Shown: one piece after another, positions 36,857 through 46,256 of the stretch | How the letters are laid out: each line of letters starts with the position of its first letter | How positions within the stretch are numbered: position 1 is the stretch's first letter | From: a virus | Lineage: Duplodnaviria; Caudoviricetes | Strand: one strand, 5' to 3' | IMG/VR virus record: IMGVR_UViG_3300049926_000093 | Location: 1 to 55,396 of that record | DNA length: 55,396 bases | Notes under the pieces: model-generated | Database searches by the model: none | What the model was told of the DNA's origin: nothing | The model's input: only the letters and a program-made list of their open reading frames with translations | Position numbers and translations under genes: made by a program

Positions 36857-37027
36857 CTATGTTAGCTGTCGGTGCCTTAAAATTGTTTCGATCATGTCTT
36901 GCATCCCCGTTAGGTTTTCTGTCGGAACTTGTGATAGAGCATCAAATATTTCTTGTCCAGACCTTGCTGAATGAAGGGCGTCAACTATATTTGAAATCCT
37001 TTCTTCACTTTGTTTTAAATGTTTCAT
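36857..37027 (-). CDS. 56-aa hypothetical protein (not in the ORF track)
   Basis: MKHLKQSEERISNIVDALHS...RHRQLT; TAATG coupling to the upstream ORF. Confidence 0.55.
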   Translation of the reverse strand: MKHLKQSEERISNIVDALHSARSGQEIFDALSQVPTENLTGMQDMIETILRHRQLT

Positions 37028-37182
37028 TATTGATTCCCCTTGGCATCGTACTTAGGGTTTATTCTTATTTTATAGAGATATTTTTTAAGGCTTTTTTCAC
37101 AATCCGCCTCTTTAAAATCTACCCATTTTTTGTGCAGCTTACTGAAATACTGTAATTTCAGTTTTTCTATTTCGTTTTTCAT
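37027..37182 (-). CDS. 51-aa basic hypothetical protein (not in the ORF track)
   Basis: MKNEIEKLKLQYFSKLHKKWVDFKE...; AGGAG SD; promoter/operator at 37214-37239. Confidence 0.55.
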   Translation of the reverse strand: MKNEIEKLKLQYFSKLHKKWVDFKEADCEKSLKKYLYKIRINPKYDAKGNQ

Positions 37183-37432
37183 TGAATTTTCTCCTTTTGT
37201 TTATAGTAATTTAATTATAGCGTATAAGCGCAGAATTACCCGAATAAAAATAAATTATTTTATCAAGAAATGCCTGAATTTATACTATAATTGAACTGGT
37301 TGTCTGGAAAAACTTTTTAATAATTCCTTAATATTATTATAAAATATCATCAAAAATATTTTTTCTTTACACCCATAATTTATGCGCTTATGCGCTATAA
37401 TTAAAACGACAAGATAACGTGGGGGGTGTAAA

Positions 37433-37879
37433 ATGTACGAGCTCATTGATAAAGATAAAAAAGTCTATTATGTACAAAGAAATCCCGATTCTTGTGATAT
37501 CGACTATTCGCACTGCGAGAGCTGGGAAGAAGCCGTAAAAGAGATTCGGAGCGATGGTATAGACGACCTTACAGACGAACAGCTTTACCGGTCTCTTTTA
37601 ATAAAACAAGCGGAGGAGGATGCGCTTTTCGGAACGCCGACTTTCCCTATCGACGGCGGCGGCGATGACGATAAATTCGGGGTTGATAAAGAAGAGGAGA
37701 TACCCGTTTACACAGACGAAGAAAGAGAGGAGCTAAGAGAAAGGGCTGCGATCGAATATCTCTATGCATATACTCCAGAAGAGGTTCTGGAAATTGCAAA
37801 CGGAGAAGATGGGGAGTTTCCCGAGGACTTATGCTGGGTTGAGGAAGTTGAGGAAGTTGACGAAGACGAAGATGAATAA
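37433..37879 (+). CDS. Highly acidic protein (about 34% Asp+Glu)
   Basis: About 51 of 148 residues are D/E by hand count; TATAAT at 37396 with operator; GGGGG SD. Confidence 0.75.
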   Translation: MYELIDKDKKVYYVQRNPDSCDIDYSHCESWEEAVKEIRSDGIDDLTDEQLYRSLLIKQAEEDALFGTPTFPIDGGGDDDKFGVDKEEEIPVYTDEEREELRERAAIEYLYAYTPEEVLEIANGEDGEFPEDLCWVEEVEEVDEDEDE

Positions 37880-37899
37880 TAAAATAAATACAAATAATA

Positions 37900-37987
37900 A
37901 TTTTCTCCACATTTGTGGAGGTGTCTCAGAGCAGGAAATGTAACTTTAAGTTGCATTTAATTTTCCCCACATTCGTGGGGGTGTCTA
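37900..37987 (+). CRISPR. Orphan mini-array: two type I-E-like repeats and one spacer of about 32 nt
   Basis: ATTTTCTCCACATTTGTGGAGGTGTCTC and ATTTTCCCCACATTCGTGGGGGTGTCTA, 60-bp period, compensatory change in the stem. Confidence 0.7.
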
Positions 37988-38013
37988 AAGCCCATAAAAT
38001 TATGGGCTTTTTT
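37987..38013 (+). terminator. Intrinsic terminator after the mini-array
   Basis: AAAGCCCATAA-aa-TTATGGGCTTT then T-tract. Confidence 0.8.
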
Positions 38014-38036
38014 ATAAGAGAAATGGATTTCTAAAA

Positions 38037-39356
38037 ATGGGATTTTTTCGCAGCGTCACTAACTTAATGTCTGGGCGCAATCGAAAAGCGCCTACACGTG
38101 ACACGGAAACTTATCCGCGATTGATGCAAATCGGCCAGGCGATGCGTCAAAAAGCGCAGATGAAGCCAACGCCCCCGAACATTAGATACTTTAGTCGTAC
38201 GCCGTACGCTAGAGCTGCGATAAGAACGATTAGAGAGCCGCTTACTCAATTCGCATGGGAAATCGTTCCAAAAAAAGACGTCAAATTAAATTCAGAACTA
38301 GAGCGACAAATTGAAATAGCAACGCATTGCTTGTCTAGACCTAACAAAGAAGATTCGTTTCACTCGATGCTAGGCTTGCTCATCGAAGACTTTTTGGTCT
38401 TCGGCTCGGCTGTCATCGAGAAGCAAATCAGCGGCGATATGATGCGGCCTCTTTGGATGTGGCCTGTCGACTCGCAAAGTATTCAGATTTTCCCTTGTTG
38501 GTCTGGCGACAAGAACGAAGCTCGATATATTCAAACGCTCGGATTTACAAATGTAGGAATATTTGAAGGCCGAAAGCTGCGTAACGACGAAATTATTTAC
38601 ATCCGCGATAACTCGAGCACTGAAACGCCTTATGGATACGGCATGCTTGAAATAGCGTTCGCCACAATCAACCGACAGCTCGGCGTTGCAGATTATGCTG
38701 GTAACTTAGCAAGCAATGCGCAGCCATTATCAATTTTATATCTCGGCAGTTACAGCACGGCAGACATCAGGGCGTTTCGCGATTATTGGAGAAATGAAAT
38801 AGAAGGGCAGGGTCTAATGCCGATTATAGGCGGGAATGGGCAATCAGAACCAAAATCAATACCATTGCACGAAGGCACTGACAACGCGCTTTATTTGAAA
38901 TATCAAGAATTCATCATCAGGGAAATCGCCACAACGTTTGGCATCAGCCCACAGAATTTGGGGCTTGAAGCGGACGTGAACCGTAACACGGCGGAAGTGG
39001 GTGCTGACCGAGACTTGGACAGAGTCATTAAGCCGATAGCAAAGCTCTTCGCTGAGAGCTTAACGCGGCATGCGTTACACGGTGCGCTGGGCTGGCATCA
39101 AATCGAATTCAAGTTCGTTGGCTTAGACAGAGAAGACGAAGAAGCCACGGCTAAAATATACGAAACATATTATAAGGGTAATGCAATTACACCGAACGAG
39201 CAGCGAGCAAGACTTGGCCTTGAGCCTATGGACAATCAATGGGGCAACTTAGTTTACGCTGATACACAAATCGCACTAAGCGCAGCCCGTGGCGTTGGTC
39301 AGGTTGATGACAAAGACTTGAGCATAAACAATAGAAAGAAGCAGAAAAAGAAATGA
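38037..39356 (+). CDS. Portal protein
   Basis: RPN, YGYG.LE, FGISPQ.LG, ITPNE.RA.LGL.P motifs. Confidence 0.92.
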   Translation: MGFFRSVTNLMSGRNRKAPTRDTETYPRLMQIGQAMRQKAQMKPTPPNIRYFSRTPYARAAIRTIREPLTQFAWEIVPKKDVKLNSELERQIEIATHCLSRPNKEDSFHSMLGLLIEDFLVFGSAVIEKQISGDMMRPLWMWPVDSQSIQIFPCWSGDKNEARYIQTLGFTNVGIFEGRKLRNDEIIYIRDNSSTETPYGYGMLEIAFATINRQLGVADYAGNLASNAQPLSILYLGSYSTADIRAFRDYWRNEIEGQGLMPIIGGNGQSEPKSIPLHEGTDNALYLKYQEFIIREIATTFGISPQNLGLEADVNRNTAEVGADRDLDRVIKPIAKLFAESLTRHALHGALGWHQIEFKFVGLDREDEEATAKIYETYYKGNAITPNEQRARLGLEPMDNQWGNLVYADTQIALSAARGVGQVDDKDLSINNRKKQKKK

Positions 39357-39670
39357 GTGATTTAGAAAAAACAGATTATGATTTGATGGCTGAAGAGCTT
39401 CTTGATTTATACAAGAAAAAATATAACGAAATTGGCGAATATAACAAAAATAACAATAAGGCCAGCGATAAAGACATGCTTGAGTTTGTAAATGGCAATC
39501 TGTTTGTATTATCAAAGATTGTAACTAATGTAATTTTTGTTTTATCTTCGCCTTTTTCGAATGAAGAAAAAAATATAAGAAAAGATGTCAGAAGCTCGTT
39601 AACTAAAGAATTAATGATGATGATTGACGAATTAAATAATAATATTGATGAAATGAACGATAAAAAATAA
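39353..39670 (+). CDS. Hypothetical AT-rich protein
   Basis: Overlaps the portal stop; terminator at 39695-39718. Confidence 0.5.
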   Translation: MSDLEKTDYDLMAEELLDLYKKKYNEIGEYNKNNNKASDKDMLEFVNGNLFVLSKIVTNVIFVLSSPFSNEEKNIRKDVRSSLTKELMMMIDELNNNIDEMNDKK

Positions 39671-39750
39671 ATTGAATTGAAACGGATTTCAAATAAGCCC
39701 GCCTAGTGCGGGTTTTTTATTGCTTGTAAAAACTAAAAGGAGTTAGTGAA

Positions 39751-41223
39751 ATGCCAATCGAAGACCGAGTAATAGAGCAAGTAGACGGCTCAAACTTTAG
39801 CAGAACAGACCGTGTTATCTGTGGAATACAATCCAACATTTCTAATAACGGAAGCCCAGGGGTTATCTCGACCGTTGCCGTTGGTACAGCTGGTTCTTAT
39901 GCAACGCTGCCAACAATCGGCACGAGCGGAAACGGCACGGGCGCAACTTTAGTTGCTAACATGAAAGCGGTTTCCGCCGCAGTTGCTTCGCCTGGGGCTG
40001 GCTACATTCAAAATGACACAGTCACTTTGACGAGCGGGACTGGAACGAAGCCAGTAATGACGGTCAATACGACAAAGCTAGTAAGTGCCGCAGTCAACGC
40101 GCCTGGAACTAATTACAGCCCCACGGATCAAATCGTGTGTGCTGGGGGTTCCTTCACAACTGCCGCAACTTTAACCGTAGCTACAACGAAACTAATTAGC
40201 GCGTCTGTTCTTGCTCCTGGGGTCGGTTTTGCAATCAATGACACGGTGACCCTCGGGGGCGGTTCTGGAGCAACCCCAGCGGTTTTAACCGTTACACATG
40301 CGAAATTGGTTAGTCTCGCAATCAATAGCGGTGGGAGTGGGTACAATATCGGGGATACGGTAGTGTTAAGTGGGGGAACAGCGGGAACGAAAGCAGTGAT
40401 CACGGTCAGCACTGTATCCGCTGGAGCGATTGCAACTTTTAGTATATCAACAGCTGGCGATTACACGGTGGAATCTACCACGTTTACACAGTTTTCTACT
40501 TCGGGAAGCGGAACAGGCGCAACTTTCAATGCTGCACTATACGGTATACTTACTTTCACCGTATCAACCGCGGGCTCTTACACAACAAACTCTACAACGT
40601 TTACCCAAGCATCAACAAGCGGCTCAGGTACGGGCGCGACTTTCAATACGGGCGTCTTCGGCGTTAATACTTTCACTATTAGTAACGCTGGGATTTATCA
40701 AACGAACGCGGCAAGCTTTACGCAAGGCTCTACTTCTGGAAGCGGAACAGGCGCGACATTTAATACAACCTCTTATGGCGTTCTCGGCTTTACTATTTCA
40801 ACCGTCGGCTCCATGACAGTTCTACCCTCAAATCCAGTGGCGCAAGGTTCTACCTCTGGAAGCGGAACGGGTGCGACATTTAACGTGACGGGCTGGGGTG
40901 TGGGAACAGTGACAGTTAGTGCTGGCGGTACGGGATACGATAGCGGCTCACTTGTTACATTTACGGGCGGTACGCCTGCGATTGCTGCTGTGGCAACGAT
41001 TACACTGACAACGCAAACGGGAAATGCTGTTACTGTTCCTGTTTCATTCGCTAGCACTGCAAATCTTCCGAGCACTTACAGCGTTTTTGTTAATCCGAAA
41101 CAGCCCGTTTTCTGGGAAGTTGATGAGGCAAGCAAAACCGCGACGGGGTTTAACGTAATTTTAACGCCCCTTGCTGCATCAACCGTTGCGGCAGGAACAA
41201 TTGACGTTTTGGTGGTGGGGTAA
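39751..41223 (+). CDS. Gly/Thr/Ser-rich repetitive virion protein (decoration/stalk candidate)
   Basis: Repeats clearly homologous to an insertion in the tail sheath. Confidence 0.7.
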   Translation: MPIEDRVIEQVDGSNFSRTDRVICGIQSNISNNGSPGVISTVAVGTAGSYATLPTIGTSGNGTGATLVANMKAVSAAVASPGAGYIQNDTVTLTSGTGTKPVMTVNTTKLVSAAVNAPGTNYSPTDQIVCAGGSFTTAATLTVATTKLISASVLAPGVGFAINDTVTLGGGSGATPAVLTVTHAKLVSLAINSGGSGYNIGDTVVLSGGTAGTKAVITVSTVSAGAIATFSISTAGDYTVESTTFTQFSTSGSGTGATFNAALYGILTFTVSTAGSYTTNSTTFTQASTSGSGTGATFNTGVFGVNTFTISNAGIYQTNAASFTQGSTSGSGTGATFNTTSYGVLGFTISTVGSMTVLPSNPVAQGSTSGSGTGATFNVTGWGVGTVTVSAGGTGYDSGSLVTFTGGTPAIAAVATITLTTQTGNAVTVPVSFASTANLPSTYSVFVNPKQPVFWEVDEASKTATGFNVILTPLAASTVAAGTIDVLVVG

Positions 41224-41225
41224 TT

Positions 41226-41582
41226 ATGGCTAAAAAAGACGAAGTTAAAGAAGAAGTCAAAATTGAATCGCAAGAAGTTATGCATGAGCCACAAGCGATG
41301 CCTGTTGAGAATCAACAGGCAAAGCACACGCAACGAAGAGACCCTTACCAGGCATTGATGCCTGGTAACGAAGAAATCCCTGCGTTCGGTGGCGTTGTGG
41401 GCGAGATTGAGCACGCGATAATTGTCGCTGAAAAAAGAGGCAATCGAGAAGCCGCTTCTGATTTGCGCGTACTTTTAAACAAATTAGGCGAGATTCGTTA
41501 TCATTTAGTGCAGTGTGAAAACAAAGCAGATGAAGAAATTAAACATCTTTATACGCGCATCTTAAAATTGTTTTCAAGATAG
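41226..41582 (+). CDS. Hypothetical protein
   Basis: ORF in the head module. Confidence 0.55.
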   Translation: MAKKDEVKEEVKIESQEVMHEPQAMPVENQQAKHTQRRDPYQALMPGNEEIPAFGGVVGEIEHAIIVAEKRGNREAASDLRVLLNKLGEIRYHLVQCENKADEEIKHLYTRILKLFSR

Positions 41583-41590
41583 GGTGAAAT

Positions 41591-43018
41591 ATGGCGTTGA
41601 CTAAAAGCAAACGAAATGGCTTGCCTGATAGTGATTTTGCGGTTCCTAACAAGCGCGCGTTACCGATGCACGATGAGACGCATGTGAGGCTAGCCTGGGA
41701 TATGGTGAGTCGCACGCATGGGCTAACGCCAGAGGAAAAATCGCATGCCCGCTCACGCATTTTAAAAAAAGCACATAGCTTAGGAATTGATACCGATGAA
41801 TGGAATAAAAAAGAAGCCAACGCAGAAAGCGCAGAAAAAGAAACCGAAAACGAAAAAGAAAAAAATAGTTACGAAAAAGAAGAAATGCACGCCGTCAGGT
41901 TCGAAGCACTTGCCATGGTTTTGCCAGATATTTCAGACCATCCGAACCGCCTTCCTTTTAAGGGCATTCTTACAAGAGTTGATAAGCCGAGCGATAACCC
42001 GCTTGGCGGAAGTGATGGGAAGTGCGTCATTCTTCCAAAGTCGGTGGCTGAAAAAGCATTACCGACGTTGATAGGGATGGCGATTGATTTCACGCCAGAT
42101 TTAAGCGGACATGACGCACAAAGTAAAATTGGATTAATTACGGAAGCCAATATCAGTGGTGATGCAATTGATATTGGTGGTTTTTTCTACGCATCAGATT
42201 TTCCAGGAGAAGTAAAGCGCATTCGGGAAGAAAAGGCACGCATGGGGTTCAGTTATGAATGTCAGGCGCAAATTTCAGACTTGAAAGCAGACCCTTGGAT
42301 TATTAAAGATTGTATTTTCACAGGAGCAGCGGTGTTGTACAAAGACAAAGCCGCTTATACATCAACCGCGCTTCACGCGCAAAAAGAGGAAAAAATTATG
42401 GAACACGAAGCAGATTTAAAAGTTATGGATACGATTGAAAGCTTGAGAAAAGAAATTGATGAGCTAAGAAGTTTGCAAAAAAGAGACATGATAGAAGATA
42501 AGGATATGCGGGCGGGATCAATCCATGCGATGGTTAAGCCACATGCTGACAGGCTTCGTTCTTGCGCAGCCGCAATGGAAGCCGCTGGCATTGGCATGCA
42601 CGCTAAGCACGGGCATGTTGCTGTTTTGCATCACATGGCTGACAGCATGGAAGCGGATGCTAGCATTGGTAAAGTGCCGCACGTTTATCAAGTCAATGAC
42701 TACTTGATGAATGCTTCTGCAAATGTCGTTGAAGACAAAAAAATGTCGGCGATTGAAGATGCATTAAAATCAATTAGCACAAAGTTAGCAGACTTAGAAG
42801 CATCTAAGTTTGAGGCTTCTGCTGCGCCAGAACGTAAAACACTTGACCCATCCATTGCTAAGCTTTTGGCAAAATCGGGAATTGAATCATCTGGGAAAAA
42901 TCTGGACATTTCTGCTGTAAACAAGGCTTTAGATGATGCGGGCTTCAACACACGCAGAAGATTCGCTGCAAAAGTTTCGCTAGCGCAATCAGGGTTAATT
43001 GACCAGGCAAACGCCTAA
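41591..43018 (+). CDS. Prohead protease/scaffold-like protein with a DUF6582-like N-terminus
   Basis: LPDSDFAVP.KRALP.HDE.HVR.A; H...GFSYE...FTGAA protease-like core; upstream of the capsid gene. Confidence 0.7.
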   Translation: MALTKSKRNGLPDSDFAVPNKRALPMHDETHVRLAWDMVSRTHGLTPEEKSHARSRILKKAHSLGIDTDEWNKKEANAESAEKETENEKEKNSYEKEEMHAVRFEALAMVLPDISDHPNRLPFKGILTRVDKPSDNPLGGSDGKCVILPKSVAEKALPTLIGMAIDFTPDLSGHDAQSKIGLITEANISGDAIDIGGFFYASDFPGEVKRIREEKARMGFSYECQAQISDLKADPWIIKDCIFTGAAVLYKDKAAYTSTALHAQKEEKIMEHEADLKVMDTIESLRKEIDELRSLQKRDMIEDKDMRAGSIHAMVKPHADRLRSCAAAMEAAGIGMHAKHGHVAVLHHMADSMEADASIGKVPHVYQVNDYLMNASANVVEDKKMSAIEDALKSISTKLADLEASKFEASAAPERKTLDPSIAKLLAKSGIESSGKNLDISAVNKALDDAGFNTRRRFAAKVSLAQSGLIDQANA

Positions 43019-43085
43019 TCAATCACTAAAAGACAACGGAATTAAGCGCATTTTTGCGCTTTTTTATTAATACGGAGATTAAAAA

Positions 43086-44075
43086 ATGTCAGTTACAAAA
43101 CAGTTTATCCCATTAAATGCGTCGGCCGATTTTTTAGGCACTGGTGCAATTGAAATTAACATGTATGAAAGAGAGATTTTCGACGTTGTTCGTAGAACAA
43201 GCGTGGCGTTAAATCGCTTGCCTACCATGAGAGCAACAGGCCACCCACACCGATACTTTGAACAAACGGCTATCGCTAGCGGTGCGTTTACTGATCCACG
43301 CAACATAAGCCCAGCGGTAACATCGCCTACGCGTGTTGAAAGGACGGCTTATATAAAAGCGTTAGTCGCCCAGTCTAACTTGTCGATTTTCGATAAAGAC
43401 GTGACTCAACAACAAGGCGTTTTTGCTTATGTGGTCGGTAAAGATATCGAAGATATTATCTCAGGTATCGAAGTCACAAGAGCAGGCGCATTGTGGACGG
43501 GTAACGATACGAGCATGAGCAGCCCAACAACCACGCAGTACTTCGGTCTTTTAACGCAAATTACACAAACAAGCGTTATAGCACCTGGTGCCAGCATCGT
43601 TGACGGCTTAAAAGCACAAATCGCGGCAATGGTTGCTAACTCAACATACGTCGTACGTCCAAGTGCTATCTACATGAATCCAATCTTGGCTGATTACTTA
43701 GACAGAGAAGCAAAAGCAGCCCAAATCACTTTTGGAAGTGCTGAAGTGGTTGCTGGCGTTAAAGTAAAAACACTTTCAACGCAAGCAGGGGAATTACCGA
43801 TTATTTCAGACCCTTACATCCCCAGCGCGTCAGGTTCCGCGTACAACTTTAGTGCGCCGCCTGCGGGAAACAAAAATTATTTTTGTGCAATCATCATGGA
43901 AGATGAAATTGAAATCCCGTACATCTCGGGCGAGCAAGACAACCCACACCCAAGACTTTTTCAACTTGGCTTAACTGGAAACTTGGCTGGTCAATACGTC
44001 GGCATAAAGTTCGACGCTGTTCTAGCAAAAGGTCCATCTTACGCACACAGCATCGTTGCTGTTCAACGTCCATAA
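43086..44075 (+). CDS. Major capsid protein
   Basis: 329 aa; ALWTGN...YFGLL..I, PSAIYMNP, ELPIISDPY; flanked by terminators. Confidence 0.85.
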   Translation: MSVTKQFIPLNASADFLGTGAIEINMYEREIFDVVRRTSVALNRLPTMRATGHPHRYFEQTAIASGAFTDPRNISPAVTSPTRVERTAYIKALVAQSNLSIFDKDVTQQQGVFAYVVGKDIEDIISGIEVTRAGALWTGNDTSMSSPTTTQYFGLLTQITQTSVIAPGASIVDGLKAQIAAMVANSTYVVRPSAIYMNPILADYLDREAKAAQITFGSAEVVAGVKVKTLSTQAGELPIISDPYIPSASGSAYNFSAPPAGNKNYFCAIIMEDEIEIPYISGEQDNPHPRLFQLGLTGNLAGQYVGIKFDAVLAKGPSYAHSIVAVQRP

Positions 44076-44116
44076 AATTGACGGCCTCCCCATTCCTAGG
44101 CCGTTCAATTAATGGT

Positions 44117-44149
44117 AGCCGCTCCTTAAAAAAGAGCGGCTTTTATTTT
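44117..44149 (+). terminator. Intrinsic terminator after the capsid gene
   Basis: AGCCGCTC...GAGCGGCT then T-tract. Confidence 0.75.
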
Positions 44150-44174
44150 CTGTTTTAATAAAAAGGGCTAATTA

Positions 44175-44393
44175 ATGAAAGTATATGTTACCCAGGCTTC
44201 GAGCAATCACACGATCCACGTACAGCCTGGACATGAATTTAAGGATGTAAGTGATTGGGTGGATGCGCAAGGCCACCCAATTTTGCTTTCCGTCAAATTC
44301 AATAACGGCGTTGCAGATGTTGAAAGTAATTTAGGCAAGTACTTAATTGACAAAGGATTGGCTAAAAAAAGCAGGTTGATCCTACCGCATTAA
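44175..44393 (+). CDS. Small head-associated protein
   Basis: V.F.NGVA.V...LG.YLI..G pattern after the capsid gene. Confidence 0.6.
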   Translation: MKVYVTQASSNHTIHVQPGHEFKDVSDWVDAQGHPILLSVKFNNGVADVESNLGKYLIDKGLAKKSRLILPH

Positions 44394-44408
44394 TTTAAGG
44401 AGATTGGT

Positions 44409-44804
44409 ATGTCTTTAGCAACTCAAAACGTTGATGCGTGTACACCCGTTGATATTGGATCGCCGTTGCAGTTTGTTGTGCCTAGCGCATCTTTAAACCT
44501 TGATACAACAGTCGCGGCAAGCGGCAGCACTGTTTCTGACCTGATTCTAACCAACGGATACAAAAATTTTGCTTTTGGCATAACAAGCACACAAACAGGC
44601 TCTGTTAGTATTCAGCGGTATATTGATGCGGCTGGCACAATCAAGCAAGGGTCTGCTGTGACAGGTTCTTTAGTCGCGAATACGGCGTTAACGGTTAATT
44701 CGACAGATTCAAATCCGTACCAAAGTCTTATTGTTACGATTTCAAACAGCGGCGGAAGCACGGCAACGCTTAGCAATCAAATCCTTTTATTGCAGAGCTA
44801 CTAA
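44409..44804 (+). CDS. Beta-rich virion protein
   Basis: Composition and position. Confidence 0.55.
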   Translation: MSLATQNVDACTPVDIGSPLQFVVPSASLNLDTTVAASGSTVSDLILTNGYKNFAFGITSTQTGSVSIQRYIDAAGTIKQGSAVTGSLVANTALTVNSTDSNPYQSLIVTISNSGGSTATLSNQILLLQSY

Positions 44805-44807
44805 GAA

Positions 44808-45716
44808 ATGGGAAGCGTTTACTTGCAGTCAAGCGATTATGATGCCTACGGTGTCGCATCGTCGACAACAGCGGCGCAAGTAACGCAAGCATCCACGGTT
44901 ATTGATAGTTATCTACAGAGGCCAGAAGGTTTAATCTGGATGCCCGATGCAAATGGCGCGCCTGCTTATATGCAATCGCTTGCGCCCACTATTACGCTTG
45001 TATCGACGGGTTCAATCTCGCCAGGAGTAAACGTAAACGTGACGGTCACGGGGCCAGTCGTTGCGGTACAAGTCGGGTTCGTTGCGATTTTAAATAAATC
45101 GAACTCGGAAGCTGTCGAGGCTTGCTCGATAGTGGCGATTGCTGGAAATGTTATCACTTTAACTTCAGTACAGTTTTCGCACGATGCGGGATGCACACTC
45201 GATTTTGGATTAACGATTTTTGAAACGCTTTCGATGCCACAAAATCGGCCACTGACTAGATTAAGTCGATTTCCTGTTTTAAATTTACTGAGCGGACAAG
45301 GGCGTTACGGTTATACAAGACGGGGCGCATCGCCTGCGGGGGTTGTTGACCAATACAATCTTCTTGCAACAATAACGAAATTTGGTGGGCCGCCCGTGTG
45401 GGAGCCGTTTGATGTAACCGTTTGCAGCATAACAGACCCTTACACTGCGAATTTATGGATACCCGCTGGTGTGCTGATTGCTTATTATTCGGAAATCAGG
45501 GTCAATTATGCCGCAGGTTGGCAATATACCAATTTACCATCAGATATAAAACAGTCGTGCGCTAACATTCTGAATGCATCTCTAAACGCTCCGATTTTCG
45601 GCAATATGAAAATGATGAAAGCAGGGGATACAGCACTTGAAAGAGCGACATCGACTTACTTGGATGATGATACAAAAAATATGCTGGCGCAGTACAGGGC
45701 TAGGAGCTTTGTTTAA
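44808..45716 (+). CDS. Head-tail adaptor
   Basis: AS.VIDSYL N-terminus; V.Y.AG....LP.DIKQ.C...ML..YR C-terminus. Confidence 0.75.
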   Translation: MGSVYLQSSDYDAYGVASSTTAAQVTQASTVIDSYLQRPEGLIWMPDANGAPAYMQSLAPTITLVSTGSISPGVNVNVTVTGPVVAVQVGFVAILNKSNSEAVEACSIVAIAGNVITLTSVQFSHDAGCTLDFGLTIFETLSMPQNRPLTRLSRFPVLNLLSGQGRYGYTRRGASPAGVVDQYNLLATITKFGGPPVWEPFDVTVCSITDPYTANLWIPAGVLIAYYSEIRVNYAAGWQYTNLPSDIKQSCANILNASLNAPIFGNMKMMKAGDTALERATSTYLDDDTKNMLAQYRARSFV

Positions 45717-46058
45717 GTGAGCTTTATATACCCCAGGATAATTTCTATCAGACGCCCTATCCCAACAATGGGTGTGGGTGCGCTGGACTACCAAGGGCTA
45801 GACCCCACACAAGAAACGGTAATCGCCACCAGTTTGCCCGCGAGCATCCAAAAATCAAAGAATTTACGAAACCCGCCTTCGGGGTTGCCTTCCGACATTG
45901 TTAGAAATACTTCATGGGATATTTTCTTTAAAAGCCCAAATGGAACATTGCAATCAAGAGATATTATTGTGGATGACTTAGGCGTGCGCTATCAAGTTAC
46001 CGCACCCTATTGGAATTCACTAGGATACAAGGCTGAATGCGAACGCCTCGAAATATAA
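45717..46058 (+). CDS. Head closure/stopper protein
   Basis: RDIIVDDLG.RYQV; follows the adaptor. Confidence 0.65.
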   Translation: MSFIYPRIISIRRPIPTMGVGALDYQGLDPTQETVIATSLPASIQKSKNLRNPPSGLPSDIVRNTSWDIFFKSPNGTLQSRDIIVDDLGVRYQVTAPYWNSLGYKAECERLEI

Positions 46059-46256
46059 AACGTGAAACGTGCTCCATTCCTTTGCCAGAAGAAGGTTCTG
46101 TTTTTTTAGTCGATGATATCGAGTTTCGGGTAACTAAAGTGCTTGAAGAAAAAGATAAAAACAATTTTATTGCTCACGCACGCCTAGAGACGAACGATTG
46201 CAGCATTTCCATCAAGTTTGAGTCCTCAAAACCTTTTTTGCGAGACGAGGATTTAA

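Noticed and set aside
36847-37155. 102-aa plus-strand ORF
   Set aside because: Shadow of two minus-strand ORFs that have SDs, translational coupling and a promoter.
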